NCBI GenBank assembly: GCA_018896675.1
Contig: JAHIMK010000004.1
Coordinates: 1-47,298 of the forward strand
From: Nanobdellota archaeon
Lineage (GTDB): Archaea > Nanobdellota > Nanobdellia > SCGC-AAA011-G17 > GW2011-AR17
Direction: 5' to 3'
Length of the DNA stretch: 47,298 nt
Part shown: positions 16,014-25,556 of the stretch, one piece after another
How positions within the stretch are numbered: position 1 is the stretch's first letter
How the letters are laid out: every line of letters starts with the position of its first letter
The notes under the pieces: model-generated
The model's input: the letters and a program-made list of their open reading frames with translations, nothing else
The model's database searches: none
Told to the model about the DNA's origin: nothing
Translations under genes and position numbers: made by a program

Positions 16014-18584
16014 ATGAATAAAAAAATACTAATAGGTTTAGGAAGTGTTTTGATTCTAACTATATTTCTTATTGGCTTAGTAAGTGCAGCTCTTTCAGAT
16101 TTGGTATATTATGTTGGGCAGGAACAATCTGGAAAATTAACAGCTCAAAGTCCTGAAGCTCAGAAAGCTTTAGAAATTTATAATGTCATGTCTTCTGGAA
16201 ATTATATGGGCTTTGCTCAAAGCCAAGTTTGTAAAGGAGCTGATGCAAAATCAATGTGTGACATGATGAGTACGTTTCAACAATATTCAAGTTATACTGA
16301 AATAATAAATAACCCTAGTTCATATTTCCAAGGAATGATGCAACAACAAGTTTGTAAAGAGAATGCTAATTCTTGTAGCACTTATTCACAAATAATGCAA
16401 GCAAAAGCTCAGGCAAGTACGCCTATAGAAACAGCTAAATCTTATGCAACTCAAATGGCTACAGAACAATTGAGGGGGGTGGTTCCTCAACAAGTTTCAA
16501 CAATAATTAGTTACAAAAGATACTTAGATGTTTTTCAAATGCAACCTAAACAAGGTGCAGCAACTCCTTCTGAACCCGGTAATCCAGCCAAAATTGTTGA
16601 AGGAGAAGTTGACAATTTTGCAGATGAAGATTTTGAAGTTACTAAAAATCAAATTGATAGAGGACATGAAAATGAATGTAGGATTGCTTTCAATTTAGAC
16701 GGTACATTTGGGGATATTTATTCTTGTGAAACAGGAATCCCAGCAGATAGAACTGGATGGAAAGGTCATGATTTAAGCAAAATTTTAGGACAAGATGCTG
16801 GAACTTTATTAGTAGGAACTAAATGTCTTTTAGAAAGACAAGGTACAGGTTTAAAAGTCACAACAGATGATGCTAATGGTAAAGCAGCTACTTGTTTTGT
16901 AACATATAAAGATAATTCATTTACAGACATAGTTGGTGGTGAAGTTAAAAAAGGTCCTAATAATAAAGCAATAAGGAGCGGTATTTTTCAATTTAATGAT
17001 GAAAGCATTTTAATTTACGCTGAATTCCAAGTTGCAGAAGAATCAGAATTTGTCTTTGCTGATAAAAAATACAAATTGCAAAAAGGCACAACTGTTGTAA
17101 TTAATGAGACTGATGTTAAGTTTGGTTTTGATGAAGTTAAAAATAAAAAAATTGAATTGTTTTCATTAAAGAACGGGCAATGGGTAAGTTCAGGTTTAGT
17201 TGTTCCAACTAGTATTGGTGCAGTAACAGTTAAAGCATTACAAGATGGTAGATACTTAGTTACAGGTAATTTTGAAATCAAAGGAAATGTTGAAGATGTA
17301 CAAATTGGTCCTAAATCCATTGCTTCAATTAACGGTATTGAAATGCGAACTACTGAAAACCAATTAAGATATACAAATTGTAAGGAAAGTATTAGGGGAG
17401 ATTGGTTAAATTATTGTAAAAGAGGAAATGATAATGATTTTTATGCAACAGGTAATGGTTTTGCATTTAAACCAAACATCCCAAGAGGAGATTACTATTA
17501 TTTAAAAGGTGGTAAAATGTCTGGTAGATTTACAGAAGTAAAACCTGGATATTTTACAAAAAATACTGTATCAACAGGTTATACTGTTGGTGATATAGGT
17601 AATGGTATATATGTTAAAAGTCATAATAAAGTTCTTTCAATAGATGCTCCTGGACAAATTGAATTAATGGGTATTTCAGGAAATCCAGAAGATGAAGTTA
17701 GAAAATTAGGGTCAGATGTATGGACTAGAATAGAAGGTGAAGGTCCAGTTCCAGACACATTAAAAGGTGGTTTTTTAAATCCTCCAAGTGAAATGACTAT
17801 AAGTAATGTTATTCTTTATGAAGAGGCCGAAGTAATTGCTACAGAAACTGAAGGTGGGATGTGTTTTACTAAAATTAATCAAAATAATGTAATTACTGCA
17901 GCAGTAATAGCAGACATTACTGGCATGGTAACTGATGAACAAAGAGCACAAATTGATGCAGCTAATAATCCTTCACCTGCATGTAATCAACCTGGAGAAA
18001 CAAAACTTAAAACTCCTTCTTCTACACCAAATGTAATTGTAGAATTAAAAGGTTGGATATCAAAAGACCTTTACATTAATGGTGTTGAAGTTACGCTTAT
18101 GACTTTTGATAAAGAAAGAAAGATGGTTATTTTAAAGGCAGATACAAATTATTTAGCAGATCCGTGGAGTGCAAAACTTTTTAAGCCAAATTATTTAGGT
18201 CCACAAGAAGTAGCTACATTAAGTCCTGAAGTTGTAGAATATATTAAAGATCAAGTAGAAGATGAAGAAGAATATATTGCAGTAAATAAACAAATGACTG
18301 AAGGTACTGCTATAACCGTTTTAGCAACAGGAGAATTAGTTTCAAACAGGATTTATGTTATAAAAAAAGGTTCTGGTATGACTAAAGATTGGTATTTCTC
18401 TAGAACAATTCAAGGTGCATGGGGTGGCTGTAAAGAAATTAATGAAAATAGTCCAGCTTGCCCAGTAGATATCTTTATTAAATGTGTTGATGAGTTTGAT
18501 AGAGAATTCTTATCATCTGTAACTGAGGGATGTCCATCAGATAGCCAAACATACGACAAATGGTTAAAACTACAAAATCAATAA
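16014..18584 (+). CDS. large secreted/surface protein (856 aa), unknown function
   Basis: SD GGAGGG precedes the ATG at 16014 (MNKKILIGLGSVLILTIFLIGLVSA signal/anchor). The track ORF starts upstream at 15987. No catalytic motifs recognised. Confidence 0.75.
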   Translation: MNKKILIGLGSVLILTIFLIGLVSAALSDLVYYVGQEQSGKLTAQSPEAQKALEIYNVMSSGNYMGFAQSQVCKGADAKSMCDMMSTFQQYSSYTEIINNPSSYFQGMMQQQVCKENANSCSTYSQIMQAKAQASTPIETAKSYATQMATEQLRGVVPQQVSTIISYKRYLDVFQMQPKQGAATPSEPGNPAKIVEGEVDNFADEDFEVTKNQIDRGHENECRIAFNLDGTFGDIYSCETGIPADRTGWKGHDLSKILGQDAGTLLVGTKCLLERQGTGLKVTTDDANGKAATCFVTYKDNSFTDIVGGEVKKGPNNKAIRSGIFQFNDESILIYAEFQVAEESEFVFADKKYKLQKGTTVVINETDVKFGFDEVKNKKIELFSLKNGQWVSSGLVVPTSIGAVTVKALQDGRYLVTGNFEIKGNVEDVQIGPKSIASINGIEMRTTENQLRYTNCKESIRGDWLNYCKRGNDNDFYATGNGFAFKPNIPRGDYYYLKGGKMSGRFTEVKPGYFTKNTVSTGYTVGDIGNGIYVKSHNKVLSIDAPGQIELMGISGNPEDEVRKLGSDVWTRIEGEGPVPDTLKGGFLNPPSEMTISNVILYEEAEVIATETEGGMCFTKINQNNVITAAVIADITGMVTDEQRAQIDAANNPSPACNQPGETKLKTPSSTPNVIVELKGWISKDLYINGVEVTLMTFDKERKMVILKADTNYLADPWSAKLFKPNYLGPQEVATLSPEVVEYIKDQVEDEEEYIAVNKQMTEGTAITVLATGELVSNRIYVIKKGSGMTKDWYFSRTIQGAWGGCKEINENSPACPVDIFIKCVDEFDREFLSSVTEGCPSDSQTYDKWLKLQNQ

Positions 18585-18602
18585 GAATAAAAAATTAATT
18601 TT

Positions 18603-19400
18603 TTATATTTTTTTCATTCCTTTCCAAGAATTTTGAAAGAATTGATCAAATCCTTTTGCTAGGAAAGGTGAATTAATCCATACACCACAATCATAATTCT
18701 CATGTACTTCTTTATCATCATTTAAAATAAACAATACATGTTCATTATCAACAACAACAAATCTTGCATCTTTGCCGTGATTATTTTTTACATCAATTAC
18801 TTTTTTCAAAGTTGTAGGCAAATCATCTAAGGAATTTAATGGGGCTACTAGTTTAACTGAAACTCCTCTTGCTTTAGCTTTCTTTAATTCTTTTCCAAGA
18901 TTTTCAGCTTTTCTTACAATTCCATCTTTAGTAGTGCAAAGAACTAAAGAGGTTTTAGCTCTTGAAACCAATGATAATAATTGTGCATTAATATTTTTTC
19001 TGCCCTTAATTAAACCAGAAACATCTTTTTCTAAAGCTGGACTTCCTTCTTTGTAAAGAGTTTCTAATTCTTTATATGAAGGGGTTTTCTTAACCTTTTC
19101 AAATTCTTTAGATTCATTTTCAGCATTGATTAAAGCATTATTTCTTGCTGCAGCTAATGCCTCTTCAGGTGTAACTGTTTTATATTTAATTGGGCTGCCT
19201 TTCTTTTTAATTACAAAACCTTTTTGTGTTAAGGATTCTAGAATATCATAAACTCTTGATCTTGGTACTGTACTAATCTCCGCCAATTCACCAGCAGTGG
19301 ATTCGTTTCTTGATAATAGAGCTGTCCAAGTTTTAACTTCATACTCATTTAAATCAAAAGCAGATCGTGCTTTGTTTAGGAATGTTTCTGTTACTATCAT
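18603..19400 (-). CDS. TrmB family transcriptional regulator
   Basis: N-terminal wHTH LNEYEVKTWTALLSRNESTAGELAEISTVPRSRVYDILESLTQKGFV, a coiled linker, and a C-terminal TrmB-type effector domain. Confidence 0.8.
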   Translation of the reverse strand: MIVTETFLNKARSAFDLNEYEVKTWTALLSRNESTAGELAEISTVPRSRVYDILESLTQKGFVIKKKGSPIKYKTVTPEEALAAARNNALINAENESKEFEKVKKTPSYKELETLYKEGSPALEKDVSGLIKGRKNINAQLLSLVSRAKTSLVLCTTKDGIVRKAENLGKELKKAKARGVSVKLVAPLNSLDDLPTTLKKVIDVKNNHGKDARFVVVDNEHVLFILNDDKEVHENYDCGVWINSPFLAKGFDQFFQNSWKGMKKI

Positions 19401-19515
19401 ACTGCGAAGAAAAAATTACTGGTTCTTTATAAATCTTTCGCTCTTTCCACACTTTTTAAGTAGTTACGGATAGAATTTAGGGTAATTTAATAAATAAGTA
19501 TAAGATTATAGGCTT

Positions 19516-20457
19516 ATGTTCAAGAGGTTGGCCATAGGATTAAGTTTAATTAGTTTGTTAAATTCTTGTACTAGTTTAAAAGAAACTATAAAATTGGAGG
19601 TTTTAGACTTTTATGAAACTAAAGTTGATTCTAAAATAGTTAACAAATCAGAACATTCTTTTCCTAAATTATTTGATAGATTTGAAGAAAAAGAGTGTAA
19701 AATATATAATGAAAAAAATAATGTGGAACTAATGAATAGTTTTTTTGCTAGGAATAAGACTGGTCCAATAGGTAAAAAATATGTTAAAGATATGTTAAAG
19801 AAAATAAAAAAATATGATAAAGATTCTTTAAGTGAGTTAGATCTTGCAGTAATTGCTGTTGATATTTTTAGAAAAGATATTAGCAGGACACATGGCAAAG
19901 GACATTATACTTTAAAACATGAATTAAGCAAGCCTTTAGAATTCTTGATTAAATTTCGTAATAATTTAGATGAAATTAATTCTAAAGAGATGATCTATAA
20001 AATTATTTATGATTCTATTCCAGAATCCACACAAACCTTGGACATGTTTTTGTCTCATGAGTCTGGGAAATATGAAGGCGATTGTGATGATTTTGGAAGA
20101 TCTTTATTAACAGCTTATGAAATGATGAAAGATCTTGCAAAAAATGGTAAAGATGAATTTTCTTCAAAACTTTATAATGGATTAAAAAGGCACAGGATTA
20201 TAGGTTTGGATATTAAAGGCCATGCTATGAATGGTTTAATAACTTATAATGAAGATTTTTCGATTGCAGTCTTGGAAGTTATTGAGCCACAAATTTATTT
20301 ATATGGCTCTGAAAAATCTAAAACTTTATCGGATAAATTATTGTTTGAAGATGATAAAATATATATTGTTAGCAAATATAAAACAGGAGTTTTAGAAAAA
20401 AGAATAATTACAGAGCTTTATTCTTCGGAGGTTTGTTATGAACAAATTAGACCTTGA
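19516..20457 (+). CDS. lipoprotein, transglutaminase-like cysteine peptidase core (tentative)
   Basis: Lipobox LLNSC. YEGDCDDFGRSLL .. IKGHAMNGL .. VLEVIEP could be the Cys-His-Asp/Glu arrangement of transglutaminase-like proteins. Confidence 0.5.
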   Translation: MFKRLAIGLSLISLLNSCTSLKETIKLEVLDFYETKVDSKIVNKSEHSFPKLFDRFEEKECKIYNEKNNVELMNSFFARNKTGPIGKKYVKDMLKKIKKYDKDSLSELDLAVIAVDIFRKDISRTHGKGHYTLKHELSKPLEFLIKFRNNLDEINSKEMIYKIIYDSIPESTQTLDMFLSHESGKYEGDCDDFGRSLLTAYEMMKDLAKNGKDEFSSKLYNGLKRHRIIGLDIKGHAMNGLITYNEDFSIAVLEVIEPQIYLYGSEKSKTLSDKLLFEDDKIYIVSKYKTGVLEKRIITELYSSEVCYEQIRP

Positions 20458-21115
20458 TTTAGATAAAATAATTACTAGTTTTGATGAAGTCCAAGATATT
20501 TTAAATAAGGTCTTATCTAAAATGGATGAACCTAAATTAAAAAATAAAAATATTAAGAAACATATTGTTTCAGAAAAAGAGATGATAGAAATAATGAGAT
20601 TATCTAATCTTGAAATAAAAGAAAGTATTAATGAAAATCAATTTAAGAGAGTTTATGGAGTTTGTGTTTCAAATAAAAAAAATCCAAATTATTTTTATTT
20701 AGGTATTAAACAAAACAATTTTGCAACATTTTTTATGACTTATTTTCATGAATTAGGACATATAGCTAATAATGAGTTTAAAAAAGTAAAGCTATCTAGA
20801 TTAGAAACAGTTGTAATTGATGAATCCTTAGCAGAATCTTTTGCTTATTGGGCAACTGAAGAATTTAACAAGATTTATTCGCTTAAGTTTAAAGATATAA
20901 GAATAATATTATCTGCAGAAATTGAAGAACAAAAAATTCCAGAAAAATTATATCAAGTGACCGAAGAAAAAATAATTTTAACTAAATTGTTATTAGATTT
21001 TCATAATATCTTTGGTTCTTCAAAAAAAACATACGAAAAAATACAAGATTTAGCTTATAATCATCCTACAGAATTAGCTAAACTTATTTATGATTGTTAT
21101 ATCTCTAACAAGTAA
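20438..21115 (+). CDS. HExxH zinc metallopeptidase-like protein
   Basis: FHELGHIANNEF followed by DESLAESFAYW (a gluzincin-like third ligand). Overlaps the upstream gene by 20 nt, which suggests an operon. Confidence 0.55.
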   Translation: MNKLDLDLDKIITSFDEVQDILNKVLSKMDEPKLKNKNIKKHIVSEKEMIEIMRLSNLEIKESINENQFKRVYGVCVSNKKNPNYFYLGIKQNNFATFFMTYFHELGHIANNEFKKVKLSRLETVVIDESLAESFAYWATEEFNKIYSLKFKDIRIILSAEIEEQKIPEKLYQVTEEKIILTKLLLDFHNIFGSSKKTYEKIQDLAYNHPTELAKLIYDCYISNK

Positions 21116-21618
21116 ACAGAAACTTTTTCAAAGAAAAATGATTCAGTTTCTAAACATTTAATTTTATAGCCTAAATCTTTAGCAATCTTTTCTATATCTC
21201 CAGTTAAAGTGCTAGCTATCAATAATATTTTTCCTTTTGGATTCAAATGTTTTTTAGCTTGTTTTAAAAAATTCTCAGTCAATTCATGTCCCTGTTTACC
21301 ACCAGATAAAGCTATAGAAATCTCTCCTTCATTTTCTTCTTCAGGTAAATAAGGAGCATTAAAAATAATTAAATCAAATTTATCTTTAACATTAGAAAAT
21401 AAATTAGATACTTTAGCTTTAATTCCTAGTTTATTAACTCTTTCAACAGCATTTTCATTGATATCAACTGCTAATACATCCTTAGTAAATTCTAAAGCAG
21501 TTTGTGCTTGTATACCAGAACCAGTGCCCATATCCAAAACTTTGCATTTAGCATACTTTTTAACATATTTTTGCAATAAATAAGAATCTTCTCTAGGTTC
21601 ATACACTTCAGCTTTCAT
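21097..21618 (-). CDS. HemK/Mtq2-type protein N5-glutamine methyltransferase
   Basis: VYEPREDSYLL N-terminus, motif I VLDMGTGSGIQA, and catalytic NPPY variant FNAPYLP. Confidence 0.8.
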   Translation of the reverse strand: MKAEVYEPREDSYLLQKYVKKYAKCKVLDMGTGSGIQAQTALEFTKDVLAVDINENAVERVNKLGIKAKVSNLFSNVKDKFDLIIFNAPYLPEEENEGEISIALSGGKQGHELTENFLKQAKKHLNPKGKILLIASTLTGDIEKIAKDLGYKIKCLETESFFFEKVSVYLLEI

Positions 21619-22088
21619 TTTAACGCATCAAAATATTCTTTAACCCTTTCTACAATGGCTGGTAAGTAGAACTTCTGTATTTTTTGTTCAAAAATCAAAG
21701 GTAAACTTTCAAATTCTGTAATTCTGTAATTATTATTGACTTTCTCAACTAAATATAAATCTCTTAACCTTTTCAATTGTCTCCTAATATTAGAGGGTGC
21801 AATGCCTAATAATGGCATTTTAGCTTCATTACGTAAATTAACTACTTGTTTAACAATTTTATCAGAGCTTAGCTCAGATTTACAATCCAATAAAACTTGC
21901 AATACATCAACTACAATATCTCTTGAATCTCCAGGCTGCAATAAACCTATGGACAAACACAATTTTCTTATTAAATCTCGCCTATCCGACTCTAAAGAAG
22001 GTCTTTCATATTTTCTTAAAGTTATTTCTGCTAAAGGAGTATCTTTTGCAATAATTTGTTTCATTATAAATTTGTAAGAACCAAGCAT
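21615..22088 (-). CDS. predicted winged-helix DNA-binding protein
   Basis: 157 aa, overlapping the downstream methyltransferase by 4 nt. A basic helical segment IRRQLKRLRDLYLVEKV is present. Family not firmly recognised. Confidence 0.5.
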   Translation of the reverse strand: MLGSYKFIMKQIIAKDTPLAEITLRKYERPSLESDRRDLIRKLCLSIGLLQPGDSRDIVVDVLQVLLDCKSELSSDKIVKQVVNLRNEAKMPLLGIAPSNIRRQLKRLRDLYLVEKVNNNYRITEFESLPLIFEQKIQKFYLPAIVERVKEYFDALK

Positions 22089-22118
22089 TTAAATATCTTC
22101 TTGATTTATTTTTAAAAT

Positions 22119-22457
22119 ATGAAGCAAGTCATTTTAGTAAGAAGAGATTTGAAAATGGATAAAGGAAAATTAGCTGCACAAGTAGCGCATGCTAGTGTTA
22201 AAGCAGTGTTAAAAACTGATAAGAAAAAATTACAGGAATGGCTTGATGAAGGTATGAAAAAAGTAGTTCTAAAAGTAGATTCTAAAAAAGATTTAATTAA
22301 TTACAAAAATTTAGCAGAGGATGTTGGCTTAAAAGCAGCTTTGATTACTGATGCGGCTAAAACCTTTTTTAACAAGCCCACAACAACTTGTTTAGGCATT
22401 GGTCCTGATGATGATGAGAAGATAGATCAAGTTACAGGTAAATTACAAATGTATTAA
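22119..22457 (+). CDS. pth2: peptidyl-tRNA hydrolase, archaeal/eukaryal type (Pth2)
   Basis: KQVILVRRDLKMDKGKLAAQVAHASV .. KVVLKV .. ITDAAKT .. TCLGIGP is the typical Pth2 layout, and the ~112-aa length fits. Confidence 0.9.
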   Translation: MKQVILVRRDLKMDKGKLAAQVAHASVKAVLKTDKKKLQEWLDEGMKKVVLKVDSKKDLINYKNLAEDVGLKAALITDAAKTFFNKPTTTCLGIGPDDDEKIDQVTGKLQMY

Positions 22458-23353
22458 TAGATAGATTGAAATCCTCTTGAACTTCCTGTTTTATCAAGCT
22501 CAGAAATTCTTATAAAAAAACGGTGTTTTAATATTTTTAAAATAAATGTCCTGTTTGGTTTTATTCTTTGTTCAGTTTCATTTGGAATTAAAATATTAAG
22601 ATTATCTGAAGGAATTCCTGTAATATAATTGAAATTTAATTCTATCTCTCTTATTGAATCATGCGTATTCAATAGTTTTTGCAAAAAAACTAATCCTGTA
22701 AAATCGCTTGCAAATTTTTCCAAATTAGTTATAACTTCTTCTTTTTTTGGAATTAATGTATGAAATGTTGTTATTTCTTTTTTATATTGACAATTATAAC
22801 GATGAATTATTTGAGCATAAAGAGTTGTATGATTTTGATTTTTTTTAGAAACGATGAAATCAAGCCTTGTTCCTAAAATGATTCCCGGATCTCGAAGATC
22901 TTTTTTCAAATTAACCATAACTTCTTCAGCTTTTTTTGAAACAAATCTACTTCCAAATTTATAGGCATCTCTTAATTCTTTTATACCTCTGTAAAAGTCA
23001 GCAGCAGAAGCCATTACTCTTCCATCTTTTATTCGTTCCCAATAAAAACACCAATCTCTAAGATTTAATTTAGCATCACTATCTGCCGCAATTTCATCTA
23101 AACTAAAAAGTCTATCAGATTTGCTTTTATTACATTCTTTAGGAGATTCTTTAGGCAAGGATGAAGAATAGGCTTTATTTATGGAATAAACTATTTTTAT
23201 AAGGTTCTTAGCTTCTTGTTTGGTAACTTCTCTTTCAAGATTTTCACACATACTTAATCTTACAGTTTCAACATATTCATCTAAACTGTCATCAGAAGGT
23301 CTAGCAAAAAAATTATTAAAGTCCGTAAAACTAGGATCTTTTTTATCTGCCAT
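22454..23353 (-). CDS. hypothetical protein (299 aa)
   Basis: Long ORF. No family recognised. Confidence 0.6.
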   Translation of the reverse strand: MADKKDPSFTDFNNFFARPSDDSLDEYVETVRLSMCENLEREVTKQEAKNLIKIVYSINKAYSSSLPKESPKECNKSKSDRLFSLDEIAADSDAKLNLRDWCFYWERIKDGRVMASAADFYRGIKELRDAYKFGSRFVSKKAEEVMVNLKKDLRDPGIILGTRLDFIVSKKNQNHTTLYAQIIHRYNCQYKKEITTFHTLIPKKEEVITNLEKFASDFTGLVFLQKLLNTHDSIREIELNFNYITGIPSDNLNILIPNETEQRIKPNRTFILKILKHRFFIRISELDKTGSSRGFQSIY

Positions 23354-23386
23354 AGTTTATTTGTTGTTTAGTAGTTAAATATAAAT

Positions 23387-24262
23387 TTATCGGTTAATAT
23401 ATAGTTTAAGAGCGTTTGAATAGAATATTTTGTCTTTTATCTCATTAGTGCAGTTCATAGCTTCAATACGCCAAAATTCGCTTTCAAACAGCCCCCAAGG
23501 GTTATCTGAAGCAAATAATACTCTATCTAAACCACTAGGATAATGCTCTAAAAGTTCTTGCACAAGCCAATTAGGGCCAAATCCTTTGCACATAGACGTA
23601 TCGCAATAGAAATCATAGCCTTCTTGCAACCATTTGATAAACAAAGGCACAAACATCATATGGCCACCAGCTGAACTTCCCATATGCACAAAATGGATCT
23701 TAACACCTCGGCCATATTCTTCAACAAATGGCATATATTGATATATTCCAGAGTTGTTAGAACCAGTATGCATATGAATAACTAAATTGTATTTCTTAGC
23801 AGTCTCAAGAATCTTAATCATGTTTTCCTTAAACAAAGCATCCCAAGTTGATGGCCTAGGAGTATATTTCCCTTTAGGCCAAGAATCAGGACTTATTTTT
23901 AAAGCAACTATTTTATCATGAGGTAATAAATTTAAAACTTTATCATTCATTTCCTTGTTTTCAGGTAATGGAGAAACCCATAATGCGCCATAAATACCTT
24001 CTAAAGATAAAGCTTCTAAAACTAAGTCATTGTAACCAAAAGCTAATTCTTGCTCAGGCGCATAATTCGGGGTAATTAACATAAAATAAATACCTAAGCG
24101 TTTTTTATAGGCTTCTAACTCTTCCAAAGAATTAATCTCTCTACCTTTGAAAGGATCAATTACATTATGCTTCATTGTTCTAGGACCAAATTTGCCTACA
24201 TGTGAATGAGCATCAAATATCTTCCTATTATTAACATTAAAGTTCATAACTCTTTCAAACAA
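23387..24262 (-). CDS. metal-dependent amidohydrolase (TIM-barrel, Amidohydro_2-like)
   Basis: FDAHSHVG (HxH) at the N-terminus, internal VIHMHTG and HFVHMG histidines, and a C-terminal FASDNPW aspartate. Confidence 0.75.
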   Translation of the reverse strand: MFERVMNFNVNNRKIFDAHSHVGKFGPRTMKHNVIDPFKGREINSLEELEAYKKRLGIYFMLITPNYAPEQELAFGYNDLVLEALSLEGIYGALWVSPLPENKEMNDKVLNLLPHDKIVALKISPDSWPKGKYTPRPSTWDALFKENMIKILETAKKYNLVIHMHTGSNNSGIYQYMPFVEEYGRGVKIHFVHMGSSAGGHMMFVPLFIKWLQEGYDFYCDTSMCKGFGPNWLVQELLEHYPSGLDRVLFASDNPWGLFESEFWRIEAMNCTNEIKDKIFYSNALKLYINR

Positions 24263-24327
24263 ATAATAATATTATAAAACTTGTGATTTAGAAAACTTTT
24301 TATATTACTTAAAAAAGCGTTTAAATC

Positions 24328-24642
24328 ATGGAATTATTAAAACTAAGAGATAAAATGAAAGAGAATTTAATTGTATTAAATCAAGAGCTTGAAAAAGTAG
24401 AACAAGGAGTAAGACATCAAGCACAAAAAGTAGTTCTAGAAGTTTTAACTAAATATGAAAGAACTAATGGTTTGGATTCATTAGGAGTTCCTTTAACTTT
24501 TTTAAAATCAGAGTTATACAGAAATTCTGAAGAATTTACAGAAAAAGATATTTTTGAAGCAATAGAAGAATTAGTTGATAAAAAAGAAATAAAACATAAA
24601 TATTCTTTTGAATTTGAGGACAGTTATTTTACTATTCTCTAA
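24328..24642 (+). CDS. hypothetical protein (104 aa)
   Basis: The ORF has AAAACTTTTTATATT upstream. No family recognised. Confidence 0.5.
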   Translation: MELLKLRDKMKENLIVLNQELEKVEQGVRHQAQKVVLEVLTKYERTNGLDSLGVPLTFLKSELYRNSEEFTEKDIFEAIEELVDKKEIKHKYSFEFEDSYFTIL

Positions 24643-25315
24643 AACTTTCATCTAATTCTCCGGAGTTAGAGTAGCCTCTGCTTTCCCAAAAGCCTCTATA
24701 ATTTTCATCATCAGAAAGTTCTATCTTAGTAATCCATTTAATCCATTTGTAGCCCCACTTAGTTTCAGCTACTAATTGTAATGGGAATCCTCGCTCTGGT
24801 AATAAATCATAACCATTCATTTTATCAGCAACTATAATATCGTGTTCAGTAAAATATTCTATTGGATAAGCTGTTGTATAACCATCTTCAGCATGAAAGA
24901 TAACAAATTTAGCATTATCTAATAGTTTAGCTTCTGCTAACAAATCCCTTAATAAGAATCCTTCCCAAAGGATTGTAGCGCTCCATCCTTCTACGCAATT
25001 TAATGTAACTACTTTTTTGAAATGTTCTCTTTTTATTAAATCATCAAAAGTATATTCCTTCTCTTCTTCAACTAAACCAGTTACTTGTAACCTGTAATCT
25101 TTTTTATCAAGATATTGCGGACCTTTGATTGAATTTTCTCTAAAATCTCCAACTGATGAAAGATCTTTGCCTTCATAATTTTGAATTTCCACTGCTTGTA
25201 ATTCTTTCAAAGTATCACTTTCCTCTTTATTTAGGAAACTTATAACTAAAGCTAATACTATAACACATAAGACTATTATAATAATTAATATACTTTTATC
25301 AGCTCTTTTTTCCAC
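24632..25315 (-). CDS. molybdopterin-binding oxidoreductase domain protein (sulfite oxidase/YedY-like), membrane anchored
   Basis: N-terminal TM helix, then TLNCVEGWSATILWEGFLLRDLL and GYDLLPERGFPLQLV, which are typical of the Oxidored_molyb domain. Confidence 0.7.
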   Translation of the reverse strand: MEKRADKSILIIIIVLCVIVLALVISFLNKEESDTLKELQAVEIQNYEGKDLSSVGDFRENSIKGPQYLDKKDYRLQVTGLVEEEKEYTFDDLIKREHFKKVVTLNCVEGWSATILWEGFLLRDLLAEAKLLDNAKFVIFHAEDGYTTAYPIEYFTEHDIIVADKMNGYDLLPERGFPLQLVAETKWGYKWIKWITKIELSDDENYRGFWESRGYSNSGELDESFRE

Positions 25316-25368
25316 AATAGCTTAATGGAGAGCTGATTTATTAATGTTATTAAAAAGAAAATAAGGAA

Positions 25369-25521
25369 TCCCTCCCGCCGGATTTGAACCGGCAACCTCA
25401 CGGGTACAGCTGACCGCATTTCATACATTGTCTTTTGGACATCGTCGTACGGTATCTACAGCCGTGTGCTCTGCCATTGCTCTTTAACCATTTAATGTGG
25501 AAAAATTTGAGCTAGAGAGGG
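25369..25521 (-). tRNA. tRNA-Tyr (anticodon GUA) with two introns (D-loop and 37/38)
   Basis: Minus-strand read. Acceptor CCCTCTC/GGGAGGG (C1:G72) with discriminator A. U8 A9. D stem GCTC/GAGC. Anticodon stem CACGG/CCGTG with loop CUGUAG..C (anticodon at 25457-25459). Variable loop AGGTT. T arm GCCGG-TTCAAAT-CCGGC. The gene is 153 nt; removing ~29 nt from the D loop (~25479-25507) and 51 nt at 37/38 (25405-25455) leaves a 73-nt cloverleaf. CCA is not encoded. Confidence 0.85.
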
Positions 25522-25556
25522 CTGTAAAGGGATTCTTTAAAAATGAATGATATCTC

